Origin: Lingula anatina
Lineage: Eukaryota > Animalia > Brachiopoda
Reading direction: 5' to 3'
Length of the DNA stretch: 64,000 bases
Assembly: GCA_051362555.1 (NCBI GenBank)
Contig: CM120643.1
Span: 13,366,644 to 13,430,643, forward strand
Below are positions 24,241 through 38,647 of the stretch, one piece after another. The stretch's first letter is position 1; each line of letters starts with the position of its first letter. The notes under the pieces were generated by a model that saw only the letters and a program-made list of their open reading frames with translations, ran no database searches and was not told the DNA's origin. Both the position numbers and the translations under genes were made by a program.

Positions 24241-24739
24241 TCTAGGAAGAAAATCAAATAAATTGGAAGGTCAAACAATACTGAGTATAAAAAAGCCACG
24301 CAGAAGAAAATTTCATTTGTTAAACCGTTGTGAACATTATCAATTGATCACTGGACTCGTTTTTTAAATTTTTTTAAATTCTTTTTATGATTATTAATGT
24401 TTAAATGGGCAAAGTTCTAAGAGCTACTACAAACAAAAAAGTTTCATGCACTTATACTTAGTACCATTAAGAGCAAGAAAACAAAATAAACTGACTCATA
24501 ATATGCGTGGACCTACTTTGTCTTATTATGTGCCTGTAAGCTGTAGTAAGCGTATATCTCAAGTCGCAGTGTACATGTACGTATGAATACCATGCAAGCA
24601 AGGAGTTTCAACAGTTCAACTGTTAAAACTCCTTGACACAAGTAAAATGCACAAGCACGGTAAGTTTGGGCACAAACTTAATAAAACTTAATTATTCTAC
24701 AAAGACAATGTTTGTCACTCATTCTGACTCTGTAAGAAT

Positions 24740-25200
24740 CTTCACGTATACACGTGATCACGTGCTTGTTAAAAAGCATACTTGATCTTCAATTGCTTTT
24801 CAAATTTTGATAAGAAGAGGTGCAAACTTACCTTACCTGGAGACTCCTGCAACCGGAAGTTTCGAAGATGGATAATCGGGATAGACGGCGCAGTTAATCA
24901 AGATAAGCTATTTATTCAGAAAAATAAGTGTGTTATATCGTCCAACACTGTATTAAATGCATTATGTTAATTTTTTAAAGGCAATGAATATTTTGTTGAT
25001 GTTAATGCTGATAGAATGTGGTATTAATTATAAATGTTGATCTTTAATTCTCAATTAGACTGTCTTGGCTTTGGTTGGAGGGGAAAGTGCAAGTGTCAAC
25101 AAATCTCCGGCGATCACCAGTGCTGATAACGTTAGAGTTTATCATCAATTGACAGCCAGGAATCGAGTAACATATGATGACACATTGATATCTTAGAAGG
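24740..25200. promoter_or_regulatory. Bidirectional promoter for the zinc-finger gene and the SCARB2-like gene
   Basis: Divergent first-exon donors at ~24835 (-) and 25200 (+), ETS motif ACCGGAAGT (~24852) and the double E-box palindrome CACGTGATCACGTG (24751-24764). Confidence 0.65.
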
Positions 25201-25932
25201 TGAGTGCCCTTTCCGCCTCAAAAACCGTAAAAAACAATCTGTTTTGACTGGGCAATAAGCTGAAAATTGGAAAGAGGTGGAGTTCCTATAAATCTTAAGT
25301 TAATGGAAAGTGGAAAGTCACATGCTTTTGAGTAATAATTGCCGGCAGCAAACGTTGAATAAAGTCGTAAGCCATGAAGGACTTGCTATCGCAGAGTGGC
25401 CTGTATTGCCACTTATGGCGAACTCTGAATTAATAATCAGCAGTGGAATTGGGAGTAAAATAAATTAGCTGGCCACAATAACAATGTAAATCTGGATATA
25501 GAAGAAGTAACTGAAAAATTGTTAGAAAATTATTAGTGCGATAAATGAAATAAGTGTAAATTGCAAAATGCAAAGTATGAAATCCCATGTATTGTTCTCT
25601 TACGCATGAAACTTATTGTGTTTTTTGTCTTTCACCACCTTAAAATTTCCACTTCTGTGTAAATTGTAATGACATCTTTTAACTTACAAATTTGAGCAAA
25701 TAAGGAAAATTAATTAGTCTGTTGCCCAAAAATATTTCCTTCATTAGATCTTATGTACAAGCTTTGTAAAACTCCGAAAAGTGATGTAAGTTCAAGTCTT
25801 CATTTGTGTGTGTGTGTATTTTATAAAATTTCATTATCTAAAAGACAAAATGTGTGTAATAACTACCCGCTACCCGGTAGGTGCCTAAAATCATGAATTA
25901 AATACTATAGCATATTTTCCAGAGATCCAAAG

Positions 25933-28900
25933 ATGGCAACATGCCAAAAGGGATGCAAGAAGTGCACAGCCCCATTTCTGCTGATAGTTGGAGTTATCCT
26001 TGTTGTTCTTGGCATAGCTGGTGTCTATGAGTTCCCTGTGCTGATAAACCAACAAGTAACTCAGGTAATTAATGTCACTGTTAACCACCAGATGTCAGAC
26101 AAAACCAAGACTGTACACTGGTAAATATGGTACCTGCCGCCTGAAATCCTTAGTTTATTTGTCTCATCTCTTTAAACCTAAACAACAACAGACTGCTATG
26201 AGCTAGACTTACTTTGTACATGTTCATGTACTCAATAGTATTGTCCTGAAAAGTAAGTGTAGATCTAATACACAAGTCATGTGTAATAGTTTTAGGAAGC
26301 AGGTTAATTTTGTTATTTGAGTGGATTAAATACTGCATGCTTATGTCAATGTCAAATTTGATTACTAGTAAATATTTGACCTAACAGTTATTTGAATATA
26401 TGACCTTATAATAAGTTTGTTAGTGAAATGGAAACTTAGTCACCATGTTATCTCTCCTGTTTTGATTAATTTAGTGAATCAGGTGTATTTCGATTAAATT
26501 AAACTGATATTTATGTTATCTCTACAAACCCAGCATACAGTATTTGTCATATTTTATATGTATTACAATGTAATTGATAAGGTTTTATAGAATCATTATG
26601 GAAACATTAAATTAAGAATTTTGAATAAGAGTTGACCAGTGCTAATATTACATATCCACTGATAAGATTACCAGTGGTGCTGTTTTTTTGTTACATAGAA
26701 TGACTTGATTTTTACAAAAATGTATAATGTAGGTATTTCAGTGGCTATTTAATAGTATTGGTAGTATTTCTGTGGTATTTTTTGTCCTTTGAGTACTAGT
26801 ATTTGCCTTTTTGTTCCTTTGGCAGTTTTTATCCCTCCTTGAGGTTTTGTCACTTTTCCTCACTTTATTTACTTCAGAAGAGTTGAGTTGAAATGAAAAT
26901 TTACTTTTTTTATTAATGGAGTGGAAAAAGAAAGGAAAATATAGTATTAAATGGTCTCCTATATTTTTTTTTTCTTACCAATTTGCTGTCACTCTAGAAA
27001 TATCACTAGAGCTATTTTATTATCCCATTTGTTGGTGGTGGTACAAACATAGGAGATGTCTCTGTCTCTCTGGTCCTCTAATTTTATCATTTTTTCCAGA
27101 ATGTTATGCTCAAAGAAGGGACAATGGGATATAAACAGTGGAAGGAACCCACTGTTCCTATTTATATGAAGTTTTATGTGTTTAATCTAACCAATCCAGA
27201 CGAGGTGCTAGTTGGTGGGAAGCCCTATGTGGAAGAAATAGGACCGTATACATACAGGTAAGCTCGGTAAATATTACAGTACGGCTGTTTGGAAGATTTG
27301 GTTAGTACGAGTGTAGCTTTTCTAATACAGTGTATGTCTTGTGGATTTATGTATGCTTTGGCCTGTAGGTATTTTAGATAGATGATATTGTTTTAAGAAA
27401 TACACTGTAGGTCTCCAAAGACTGTTCACAAGATAAAATTTTTTTATTTGTCAGCATATGAAATTGTACATATACTCATCAAATCCCCCCCCCCCCCCCC
27501 CCCATGGTCTCTTGTTTTACTGTTATAAGTTGGTTAAAATGTTTTAATGAAATTTATTTCTCTGTTTTAGAGAACACCGTGAGAAAGTCAATATAACCTT
27601 CAATGGCAATGGAACGGTCTCCTATCGCCAGATCAGAACATTCCATTTTGTAAGAGAGAAGTCAGTCGGAGATGACAGTGAGAATTTTACCACCGCTAAT
27701 ATCCCTTTACTGGTCAGTGGTGAATGCATTTTCTTTAAGAAAATGTAATTTCTTTTAAAATGGATCGACAAATATAAAGGAAAACTGAGCTTCCCATACA
27801 TGTACCTCAGTTACATTTTTCATTCCTTAGAAACTGATTTGTTTATTGAGGCAGACATATTGAACTCAATTTTCTTCCTGTCACTGAAATTTTTACCTAC
27901 AGTATAAAGTTTCAGCATGTATATTTAGTCGTTGTTGCCATATTCAATTCTTTGTGAAAGTTGACCTTGTTATAATTATACCATGTTAGCTTTAGAAAAT
28001 CACCTTTCTGTTTTCAGACAGTAGCAGAGGCAATGAGAAACCAAAGTTATTTCATTCAGCTTGCAGTTGAAGCCGGGTTAAAGGTAAAGTTGTTGAATTT
28101 GTATGTGTTTGAATAAAGAAGGTTTTGTAATCAATAAGAATGAGAGAGTCATTATAAATTGTGTCTAAGGAACCATTCAGAATGAGGTTTGTAGACCTAG
28201 CTAATGTGCACATAAAATATAATTTGATTTTAATCAAATAAGACAGTGTTTAAGTATTCATTGGGTGTTTTTTTTGCAAGATTTTCATTTCTTTTTATCT
28301 TTTAAGTTGACAGATGAGAAGCTCTTCATCAGCCGGCCTGTACGCCAGATAGTGTGGGGTTACCACGACCCCCTGATGCACCTGATGACCCTGATGCCTG
28401 GCCTCAGTGACTGGTTCTACACTGACTGGATTGGTGTCATGATGAATGTGAGGAGAAAGGGGGGACTTCCATTAAATAACAATACAGTGCAGTTCAATAC
28501 AAAACAATACAACAGAATACAACACAACACATTGTAATGGTACCTGCAAAATAATATTTCTCGTAATAATTTTAGTTTTAGGGACTTCCAGATGATTATG
28601 AAACAAAAGTGTTTTAGGAAAGAATCAATTTCTTAGACTTAAGTGAATTTAGATCATCACAATAATATATAATTATGTCAAGTATTAAAATTGGCCTCAA
28701 TGGTGATTTTTGCAGAATAGTTCCATGTTTTTGTAAAACTATCTTGTACATTTATAATTTATTAAAAGTTTTTTAACGTACGTAAACACTGCAGTTTTAT
28801 TTTCATTTTTTATCCAGAAAAACGCCACAGACGATGGCCTGTACACAGTGTATACTGGAGAGAATGACATCAGCAAAGTTGGAGTGATAGACAAATACAA

Positions 28901-31900
28901 TGGTTCCAAGTATCTCAATTTTTGGACAACAAAATATGCTAACATGGTGAATGGATCAGGTAGGCTTGGATCTGTTGTTTGGATCTTTTATAAGAAAAAA
29001 AATCACTCAGATTGATAAAATTGTGCCATTATTTTGTAAAAGTATGGTAATTTTTTTTTTAAAGTACTAGTATGGTTAAGTAAGAGACACGTATTATATA
29101 TAGGAGGTCAATATGGGCTGATCTTGACTTGCACATGATTGCTCTCAACCAATCAACATTCGACAAAATTTGTGGTCTTGTAACAAGAAGATTTGTTGTT
29201 TGCTTCATTATTCATTATAATTTCTTCCCTACAGATGGGACGCTCGCTCCGCCTTCCTTTGCTGTTGAAAATGACACCCTCTCGTACACCTTCCAGAGTG
29301 ATATTTGCAGGTAATGTGATCTTTTTGTTCCCAATTTTGAGATGAGTTTCAGAGGTTATTGTAAGGCACCTCTGTACCAATGGAATACAGACACAGACAC
29401 ATGCTGAGGTGAGGTTTCAGTAGTTTCTGAAATTCTGGATGGACAGCATGTAACGTTTATATCTGATTGATTTACATTTGTTAATTTGTGCCCAGCACAA
29501 CAGGGTCACCAATGTGTTCATCTCACAATTCTTCCTTTTCTTATTTAAAGTACTGAGTATACTCTCAATGAAGTTTTCGAAGAAATATCACAATTTTCAT
29601 TCTTCTGATCAATATTTCTGATGATTTTCACAGGTCAGTTTATGGAGTTAAAAGGGGCTCAACTAAGACCCCCCAGGGTATCAACCTCCACAGATATATC
29701 GGGACAGCGAGTGAGCTGGCCAATTACAGCGTCAACCCAGACAACATCGGCTTCTGTCTGCCTAACAAGGACTGCCTGGGTACTGGGCTGCTTTGGTTGA
29801 AGTCCTGTACAAATGGTTAGTATGGGCTAGGGTAGAAGATAAATTTTGGGTCCTGGGTATGGGTTATTGATGACAGGCAAGGATAAACTCTGCTTATGGA
29901 TGTGGAGTATAACATACTGTGAAGTGGATCTAATAACTTGTTTGTAGTGGGTTGAGATCTTGTCAGAATATATGCTAAATTTGAGCATTAGCTAATGATG
30001 ATAGAAGTGAAAAAATGATTTAGTTTCTCAGAAACGAAAACATTTTCTGCTTCAAACCTATCATTATCAGTTATAAAATTCCCCATTCTTGTATTTTTCA
30101 TAGACATGATAATATAGAATATAACAAGTTAAGAGCTAGCAGAGTTCATGTCAAAAAGCACACACATGCAAATAAAATCTTTCAATTGCCCAAGGCTTCA
30201 CTTAAATTGATAATCATTGAAAATAATTGATTATTGATATCATTCTGTATCTGTATCTGTACATAAACTTCTAAAGAAACCACAACTGGTGTATCATTGA
30301 TATTCCAGTTTTGAAATTTTCCATTGGCATTCTTGTATTTTGCATTTCTATGACATTTTAATAAAATATTTAATTCTCTTTGCAGTGGACTACTTCCCCG
30401 TGCCCGTGGTGGCATCTTTTCCTCATTTCTATCAGGGAGATCCAAAATTTGTGGAGGCCATTGGTGGCATGCATCCCAATGCCAGCTTACACCAAACTGA
30501 AGTAGACGTAGAACCTGTAATTGTGCATGTGTAGTCAGGCCTTTTTAACATTGAGCGGTAGCTTTCTGTTACTTAATAAATGTGGTCCAGCTTGAGAGAG
30601 TCACAACTTACATTCATAATAGCCTGCTATAAAGGAAGAAAGTCATCCAAATGCAGCACCCACACTAGACACAGCATGGATCAATTTTGATTGATATTCA
30701 GGGCTTGTGAAATGGAATAAAAATCCATTGAGCCTGGAACAGTACAGAAAACTGTTCTTCTTGATGTGAATGAGGAAATTTATCCTGGGATAAATCCTAG
30801 GATGATATGAAATAGGCCTTCTCTTTAAAATACATGATTTTATCTTGTCATGTATCAACTTGTTTAACAAATGATTTGACTTTAGACACCGCTACTACAA
30901 AGTGCTGAATATTAACTGTTATACGTCGATCACATTTGATCTTCTGTGTATAATGCTATAAAAAGGTGGTGATACATAAAAGAGAAATTAACTAAGTTCA
31001 GTATTAGTCTTGTATTTTCATTCTTTCTTCAGATCACAGGGTTAACTATGGGTGCTCACAAAAGGGTGCAGATTAATGTATTTATGACCAAAGTAAAAGA
31101 TATAGGGTAAGTACACTATACAGTATTTTTGCACTGTACACAATAGTTCTCAATCAAATGTTACAGCTATTTCAAATAGGTAATACTTTGCATTTTATTT
31201 TTTTAACAAAGCAATGTTTCCTGTTATGGAACAGAAATGTTATAAAATTAATTAATTTTCATAGTACAATATATCATGTTTACAGTTGATACATTTCCCT
31301 TCTAAAGAGAAGAAAAAGACCTATTTTTGCTTGTCAGATTAACTGTTTTTTCTTTGAATCTGTGAAATGATATACAGTTCAATCTGAGAGTGTGAAGTTG
31401 GGTTTCACAGTGAATCAAAATCTACACCTTTTCTGTCTTTGAGTGCTTTTCCCAGACAAGTATCCACTGGTTATCAGCAAGTGTTTCAAATGTGGTCTGA
31501 AAATTAGGGTTAATTTTGGGTATTTTCTCAGTTTTTGGAATCTGTAGTTCAGAGATGGGCTTGGTTGGATTTTTTTTCTTCTTTTCACAAAAGTTTATTT
31601 TATTTATTTTTTTCTTAAAGATACTGGTATTTATTGCTGAATAGCAGTTCTGTATTATGTTTGTCTTCATATCAGTTTGGTTTGATTTTACACATTGTTT
31701 CATTTCAGACTAACAGAAAATGTCTCCACGTTGTTCTTCCCCATAGTATGGCTAGACGAGGTAAGATGAGGTGTGCTTAGACATGAAATATTTGAGACTG
31801 GAAATTGGATCAACTTGCATCATCAAAGGACCAGATTGATGAATCTGGGAGAAAAATGTCTCAGTTCAGTTGGGCCTTGTAGTATAATTTTACAGAGAAG

Positions 31901-32899
31901 GAGAATAGCACCTCAGATGTTAGCATGTACATGGTTAATTAATCTGGCTGCTGGTAGCTTCAAGTTAGCCAAGGTGTCAGTCTAAATAAATCCTTGTCTG
32001 AACAGTTTATTATTATTATTTATTTATTTATTTTTATTTTTTTATTATTATTTATTTATTTTAGTGTCATGGTCGCTTGAGTGTATTTTGTTCAGAGAAT
32101 GCACTGTGAGCACACGGAAAGTGGGTGTGTGTTTGTGTGCATGCATGTGTATGTGTGTGGAATATTTGCTCAATGTAGCAAAGGTAAAAACACTGCCCTA
32201 GTAAAAGAACTAAACGTCACTTCACAAGGAAATTCCCATTGCCTCTTGTATGCCCCTTGTGATTATATCAAAAGGCTTTGTTAAAAAATAACATGATTTA
32301 TATACCCATCACTGTTGGTAGCTAGATCACCTTTTCTTTGAAATAGTCTACTTATACAAGCTGTAATATGTTATGATGTATTTCAGAGTGTGGAATTAGA
32401 CGATGCCACAGCAGATCTCTTCAAAAACATGGTGTATATGCCCATAACAGCCACCACTGTGGTACAGTATGCCTGTTTTGGGTTGGGAGGAGCTCTCATT
32501 CTTATATCCATCATTATAGCAGCAGTCAGATATAAAAAGGTAAATAAAATGTTTTTACCCTTTATATGGTGCATTTCATTAGAAATGTAATCTAGATATT
32601 ACAATTATTTCTCCTGTCACCATGATTTTTACTTTGAAGGTTGAGTTGAAATTTTCCAAGACATGAATTTCTTTAAAATTAATGTCAGAAAAGCAAGTTT
32701 AATATTAAATATTTCCTGTTATTATCATTTTATTTATCCTGAAAAATTATTTATCTACATATATAATTATGTCAACTCGGTTATTCACAGCAATGCATAA
32801 CAAACAAAATGAGGTTTAAAAAATATAAGTTTTTTTATTACATTACAGTGGAAAGAGAACCAGTCCAAGCTGGAGTCGGAGCGTCTACTCAATAACTGA
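25933..32899 (+). CDS. SCARB2: CD36-family scavenger receptor class B, LIMP-2/SCARB2-like (13 coding exons)
   Basis: N-terminal TM, then WKEPTVPIYMKFYVFNLTNPDEVL..GKPYVEEIGPYTYRE, WGYHDP, NGSDGT, SDICRS, SFPHFYQGDP, VDVEPITG and FFPIVWLDE. C-terminal TM and tail KENQSKLESERLLNN* with a [DE]xxxLL lysosomal signal. Assignment among CD36 paralogues is inferred. Confidence 0.9.
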
Positions 32900-33023
32900 G
32901 ATGCTTTCAGTGTTATAACATAAATATTCCATGGCAACTTATATACAGGAAAAATGCTCATTCTTTTAAATGCCAGTCATTTGTGACAGTCATAGTGAAA
33001 TACAATATATATATATATTGTAT

Positions 33024-33153
33024 ATGTTCACATATGACCATAATCATGATTTTGACAAAAACAGAATTTTCACATCCTAGTCCTCCTTTCAAGCAAATAT
33101 GAACTGAATTTTAACAGTTCTAATTGTAATACACTTGATTAGCCAGTCAAGGA
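33024..33153 (+). repeat. Copy 1 of a ~125-bp near-identical direct repeat (SCARB2-like 3' UTR)
   Basis: Matches 38648-38770, including an identical core TTTTCACATCCTAGTCCTCCTTTCAAGCAAATATGAACTGAATTTTAACAGTTCTAATTGTAATACA. Confidence 0.92.
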
Positions 33154-35026
33154 ATGACAATTTATCACTAAATGTAAGCAAAATTTTAGTTATTGAATGT
33201 ATTTTTCAAACAATGTACCTTTTATAATTTAAGAAATAAGCGCTCAGAATTTTTTATTGTTTTTTTATATACAGACATTTCTGTAACTTTTAGTCACTGA
33301 TCCTGACGTAACTTGGAAAAAAATGCACTGTTTAAACCCATGGGTTATTACCATAAGTGAATGTGCCGATGTTTAGCAATGGATATTGTTTGAAAAGCTC
33401 TTAATATGGTTCTGTTGACGCTACGCGCAACAGCGATTCAGAGAATTAAGCCTTATTTCATTTTTTTGTTGGCAAGTTAATGTGATGAAACCAAATTTCA
33501 GTTTTATGTGCGTTTTACAGTCCTGTTACTCATTAAGTATTCATAAGAAATGGGCATAAGGAAGTGAATGCTGCCAGGCCAGTTCTGCAAGGCTGAGTGA
33601 TAAATTTTAAGTCATCTTCTCTATGAAAGGAATTTTGGTGATATCGGGATACATTTAAGGGGTTCTCACTTATTTACCGACACCCGCCAAGTTGTTTTCT
33701 AATGGGATCCATACTCTGTGAAATCCTGGATACGTGTCAAAACTGCAAAGACGGTATTCATGGTTTCAGATTTTTTAAGGGTTGGTCTCACTGTTATTTA
33801 TCATTGAGGACATGCAAACTATTAAGTGTAACTTGTTCCTCGAAGTCAAATGGAAAATATTGATGTGATGTGTTGTGTTTGAGAATCGTTGTACTTTGTG
33901 TTTACAAATATGTTGTGGCTTGTTATTAATTATGTACAATAATAAAACTGACCAACAGAACAATTTGAAGTTTTCAAATATATATATAAAATGTAAACTA
34001 GTCTTAATACCGCTGTTGGTATTGCTGTTTGACATGAAATTGTTCTTTATGTGGAATGTGGTGTGAATTTTCACCCACCTTTATTAAAACTATTATAACG
34101 ATAAAATTGTTGTAACAGTTTTGTAAATGAATAAATGAGAAAAAAAAGTATACGTAATTGTGGTTTGTTGCAAGGAGGCCGTACGTGTACCTTCAGTAGG
34201 TAATAAGAGAATTATTGTGATTTGGAATTATTTAACAAAATTAACGAAAACAAATGAAAGTATTCTAGCGGTATTATGCGATCTCAAAGTTACGAATTAT
34301 ACTTTTTTAAACTATGAAAAGATGAAGAAAATAAGCCAGATTCCCTTTGATCTGTTAATGTGTAGACGTCCTAGTTTCTAGCCACTGCCGTTCGTCGCGG
34401 TCTAAAAATGTTAAACAAGTTATTTTAACATACCTAGCTAATTTTGTACATAAAAAATATCTAATGATTAATGTCAAGTTTGGCCGTTTTAACGGGGTAA
34501 ATGGCCACTACATTTGGTCCTTTTTGCATTCTTTTTTAATGAGTTGGTTACAAATTGAAAAGAAATCTCTAGGTCAAGAAACCGCACCCACGTTTCTTAA
34601 TTTGCGGTAAAATTTGATTATTTAACAAGGCGGCGTTTTGATCAACTCTAGCTTATCGATTTTTCTAAATCTACAGTCGCAAAGCATGATCAAACGTGTG
34701 TTAGTTTTATTGATTTTAGTTTTATTTGTTTAGATTATAAATTGCGTTAACGCCACAATAAAACAGTGCAGTGCTTGATATTAATTAAAGTTTATATTAC
34801 CGTGAAAGACAGTTCCATTACTCTTGCGGTAAAATGTCTATTACAGCAAATTAATGCGATATAAAAAAGAAAATTGGACAGTTAAATGCTTTTTTTTTCA
34901 ATAAGAAGAGTTAAAAATTTCGTTTCGGGTGAAGGGTCCCCCTTATAAAATCTCAAGTCACCTTACACTTGTCTTATTTACTATTGCGCCGTGAAACTCG
35001 GTAAGATCCAGTAATATTTCACGAAG

Positions 35027-36781
35027 ATGCGACTGACGATTATCCGTCTGTTTCTACTGGCTGCAGGTAACTTAATTTCGATTTTTCTTTATAAGTTAAG
35101 CAGAGTTCAAAGTGCTTAGAGCCAAGCTGGGAGACGTCAGGTACCGTTTACGAAGGATTGATATGTCCCCGGACGAGGTCAAATCGCGTCCTCCCGCTCT
35201 GGCGGCGGGCACTCTGACCACAAGGCCACTCAGAATACGGAAAATCTTATTTTTTCAGTTAAATGGCGCGTGTGCTTGTGTACTTGTGTGTTTGAGAAAT
35301 AAGTGTTAGATCGTTTGCGTGAATATAAAAAGTCTAGAGGCGTGGCACAAAATGAAAAAAAAAGAAAGAAAAGACAAAAATGATAACATTTTCCACCACT
35401 AGGAGAGTCTGTGGTGAGTGGTCTCTTGCTTTGATTATCTTTATTACTTCAATGAGTTATCTTAAACAAAACCTAATTACAAGTGGTATAAAACTTTTTT
35501 GTGGCAAGAATTTGCAATAAATAAATAAATGAATGAATGAATAAAAAGTTTGCCGTCACAGTTCTAAAATGTTATCTTTAAATGTTTTGTGAATGCTGAT
35601 GTAAATGCAATGAATAAATTTGCGCAAATTTCAGATACATCTAAAAATCCACTACTTATTCACCCCTATCTCACTGTAATTATAATTCCTCTTTTTTAAC
35701 TTCCCCGGCAGCATCATCCGTGTCCTCCGCAAATCTAGATGTGACGGCGCAGACGGTCTGTGCGTCCACGTTACCCACGACGTTCCCTGCCGTGGTCTAC
35801 GCCATCCGCCGCCTACCCACCGACCCAAGCTGTACCAACCTGTGCAGTGCACGGCTAGTTGATTTACCGTGTCCTTGTGGTGGACAGTGCATTTGTCCTA
35901 CCTGGTAAGGCAGTACTTTCACCCCCAGGTGAAAAATCTCGATTGTGCAAAGTATTATAGTTTTTGATGTTATATTTATTCGTGCGATACGGGCCGAATT
36001 TTTTGATTATTTATTTATTTATTTATTCCATCGGTGGTTGATTCAATGATTAATTTGTTCATACAATCTTTCATTCATTGGCATCTGTCGATCAATCTGC
36101 ATGGATTAGTATGTTTTCAAACCCTTTTTCCCATTATTTGATTATTTTCTTACTTATTCATTTGTCATTTTACGGGAATTTAGTTATTCGTTGACTTATT
36201 CCATCCATTTCTTTTCCATATTGAAGTTGCAACCTGGAGTGTTTCAATGCGCTGACTGTGGATGCGGCGCCGGCCGTGCTCTCCGGGAATGCCCCGGACC
36301 CACGGAGTGTGGGGATACGCACGGGTGTGTGGCACCAAAGGGGGTGCGGTATAACGCAAGGTGAGTGCCCTGGGTTTGGGGTAAGTTCTAGATTTTCGCA
36401 CATTATGCAAGTCCATATTCCCTCTCTCTCTTTCTCTCTCTCTCACACAGGGACGTTTTTCCTCTGTCTCTCTCTTTTTTTTTTCAAATATTTTACAATT
36501 ACATCTCAAATTCATTTTTCCCAGGACCAAACTACTGCTGCTGCCGCTCCCGGCAGTACCTAGCGCCTTATCTCGGCGGCCAAGCTCCCACGACCACCCC
36601 GGCTACTACCACAGCGAGGACCACCACCCCCTGGGGATTTCCTTGGCCCTGGCTGACCTTCCCGGCCACCACCACCACAACCACCGCAAACCCCTGGAAT
36701 TTTCTTTGGCCTTGGAACTCTGGGGACTCTTCGAGCCTTCCTTGGTTGTTGAATAATAACATTGGAAAAAAGAAGAAATGA
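35027..36781 (+). CDS. Uncharacterised secreted cysteine-rich protein with a GPNYCCC motif and a Thr/Trp/Pro-rich tail (4 exons)
   Basis: TATAAAA at 34944. Exons 35027-35066, 35712-35904, ~36227-36360 and 36525-36781 join in phase: MRLTIIRLFLLAAASSVSSA-NLDVTAQTVC...VYAIRR...CTNLC...CPCGGQCICPTCCNLECFNAL...GCGITQGPNYCCCRSR...TTTPWGFPWPW...GKKKK*. Confidence 0.8.
35117..35230 (-). mobile_element. Probable degenerate tRNA-derived SINE head in intron 1
   Basis: The reverse strand reads AGTGGCCTTGTGGTCAGAGTGCCCGCC...GGAGGACGCGATTTGACCTCG, with A-box-like and weak B-box-like motifs and no intact cloverleaf. Confidence 0.45.
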
Positions 36782-38647
36782 AGCGGGAGTCGGTATCTGG
36801 ACAGTCAAAAATACTGCACGAAGGCGCCCTAGAAATTTAAACAATGTTAAGTAATTCGTTTAAGCGATGAAATTGGTTTCTTCAATCGTAGAAGTGAATG
36901 TGGCACTTTTGAAGGGAATGAAATGCAAGTTACCTTTACAGTGTGAATCTCGAAATATAAATCCAGCTTTAAGATTGCACTTCCTTCATACAATTAATTA
37001 ATTAATGAATTGAGTAACTAAACCAGTTTCTTGTAGCACTTTTATCAAGTATTTTAAGGGATAGTTCATTCTGTTTTTTATTGCCATGGCAGCGTGTTGC
37101 CCGTAAAATGACCAGCTTAACTAGCATTTTGGAACATGCTTTGGTCGTACTCTCTAAACACAAGTAGATATGGTCCGTCACAAAATTACTATACCTTAAA
37201 TCAGTATGCCATTTTAGAGGCTCCCGATACCAGAGGGGACTTATACTTTGCCTTCACAGGTCGTTTGCACACTACAACTCTATATGTTTCCATTCATGGT
37301 GGAAATAGATTTTGTGTATAATAATAAAAAGTAACTCAAAATAAAATAATCCAATATCAATTTATTTTCACCATCCACGACGATGCTGCTATAACATATT
37401 TACAATTCCTTTTTATAAAACGAATTTTTCCACTATCTGCATATTCGTTCTAAAATACTCTTCGATAAAAGTATTCTAAAATTCTTACTGAAGACATTCA
37501 ATGTAAAAGGCTGAAAAGACTTCAGACGCCAGAACCGTAGTCACATTGGTTTTAACTGGGTTTAACTAATTAACATACGTTGTTCATTACACAAGAACAA
37601 AACTGGATCAATTGTATTGCCTAGTAGAGAATAATGTTGACAATACCTGAATAATGTTAGTAGAGTGACACCTGAAGACGACTTAATTTTTTTGTAAATC
37701 TGGGTCTATGCATTTATGAAAAGCAAAGGGAAAATGAAGCATTACATCAACCTGACCAAGCATTTGATATACTTAATATACTCGGTTACACTAAACTGAT
37801 ATTTAGTAGACGATTCCCAAAATTATATTCAAAAATGTAATAAAAAGACGACCACCTCTTAAAGTTCATTTAGTACCTTACGTTGATGAATGATGTTGAT
37901 GAATATTGAACAGAAATTATACTGTAATGTGTGTGAAATTTGAGTTATTATGATGGAGGTGAAACTAAGTAGTCGCCAAACAAAACTTAATACATTTCTA
38001 CAATGAAGTCAGAATAAAATAAACACTAAAACCACTTATGTAAAAATTGGCTCAAGAAAATGACATCATGTTCACTTTAGTAACCTTGTATGGCCTACCA
38101 TCCAAAATAGTGCCTTTTACTGCATAAATTTGCTAGTCAAACTATTTATGAAGAAAAAAAAAAAAAAAAAAAAAAACTGGTTTTTGGAAGAAAACAAAAC
38201 ACTACATTATTCTAGTTCAGGGAAATTGGGGCAGGGTGGTAGAGGCAGGAATATTGTACTAGGGTTAAGTGCTATTTACCCCTGTTAACACCTATACCCT
38301 TTCTTTCATCATAAAAGAAAGAGCAGCTATGTGACAGAAAAAAAAAAGATCATTACTGGATATCAAATGAAATGATAAAGTTACATTCAACAATGGTTAT
38401 ATAAGTAAACTTGAACACAATGTACAATCAATATGTTTAACTGAAGACGTAACAGTGCAGGTAAATCTAAAAAATAAATAAATATTGAACATCTTCATTT
38501 TCTTCTGCCAAACATAATATTATTTCATAATCCACTAACTCATTAACATAAGAACTGTATTCATTCCAACGCACCCCTTTCACTCTTTTTCACAGCCACT
38601 CCTCACTTTCCTATCAAATATCCCAAACAGTCAAGATAATTAGATAA

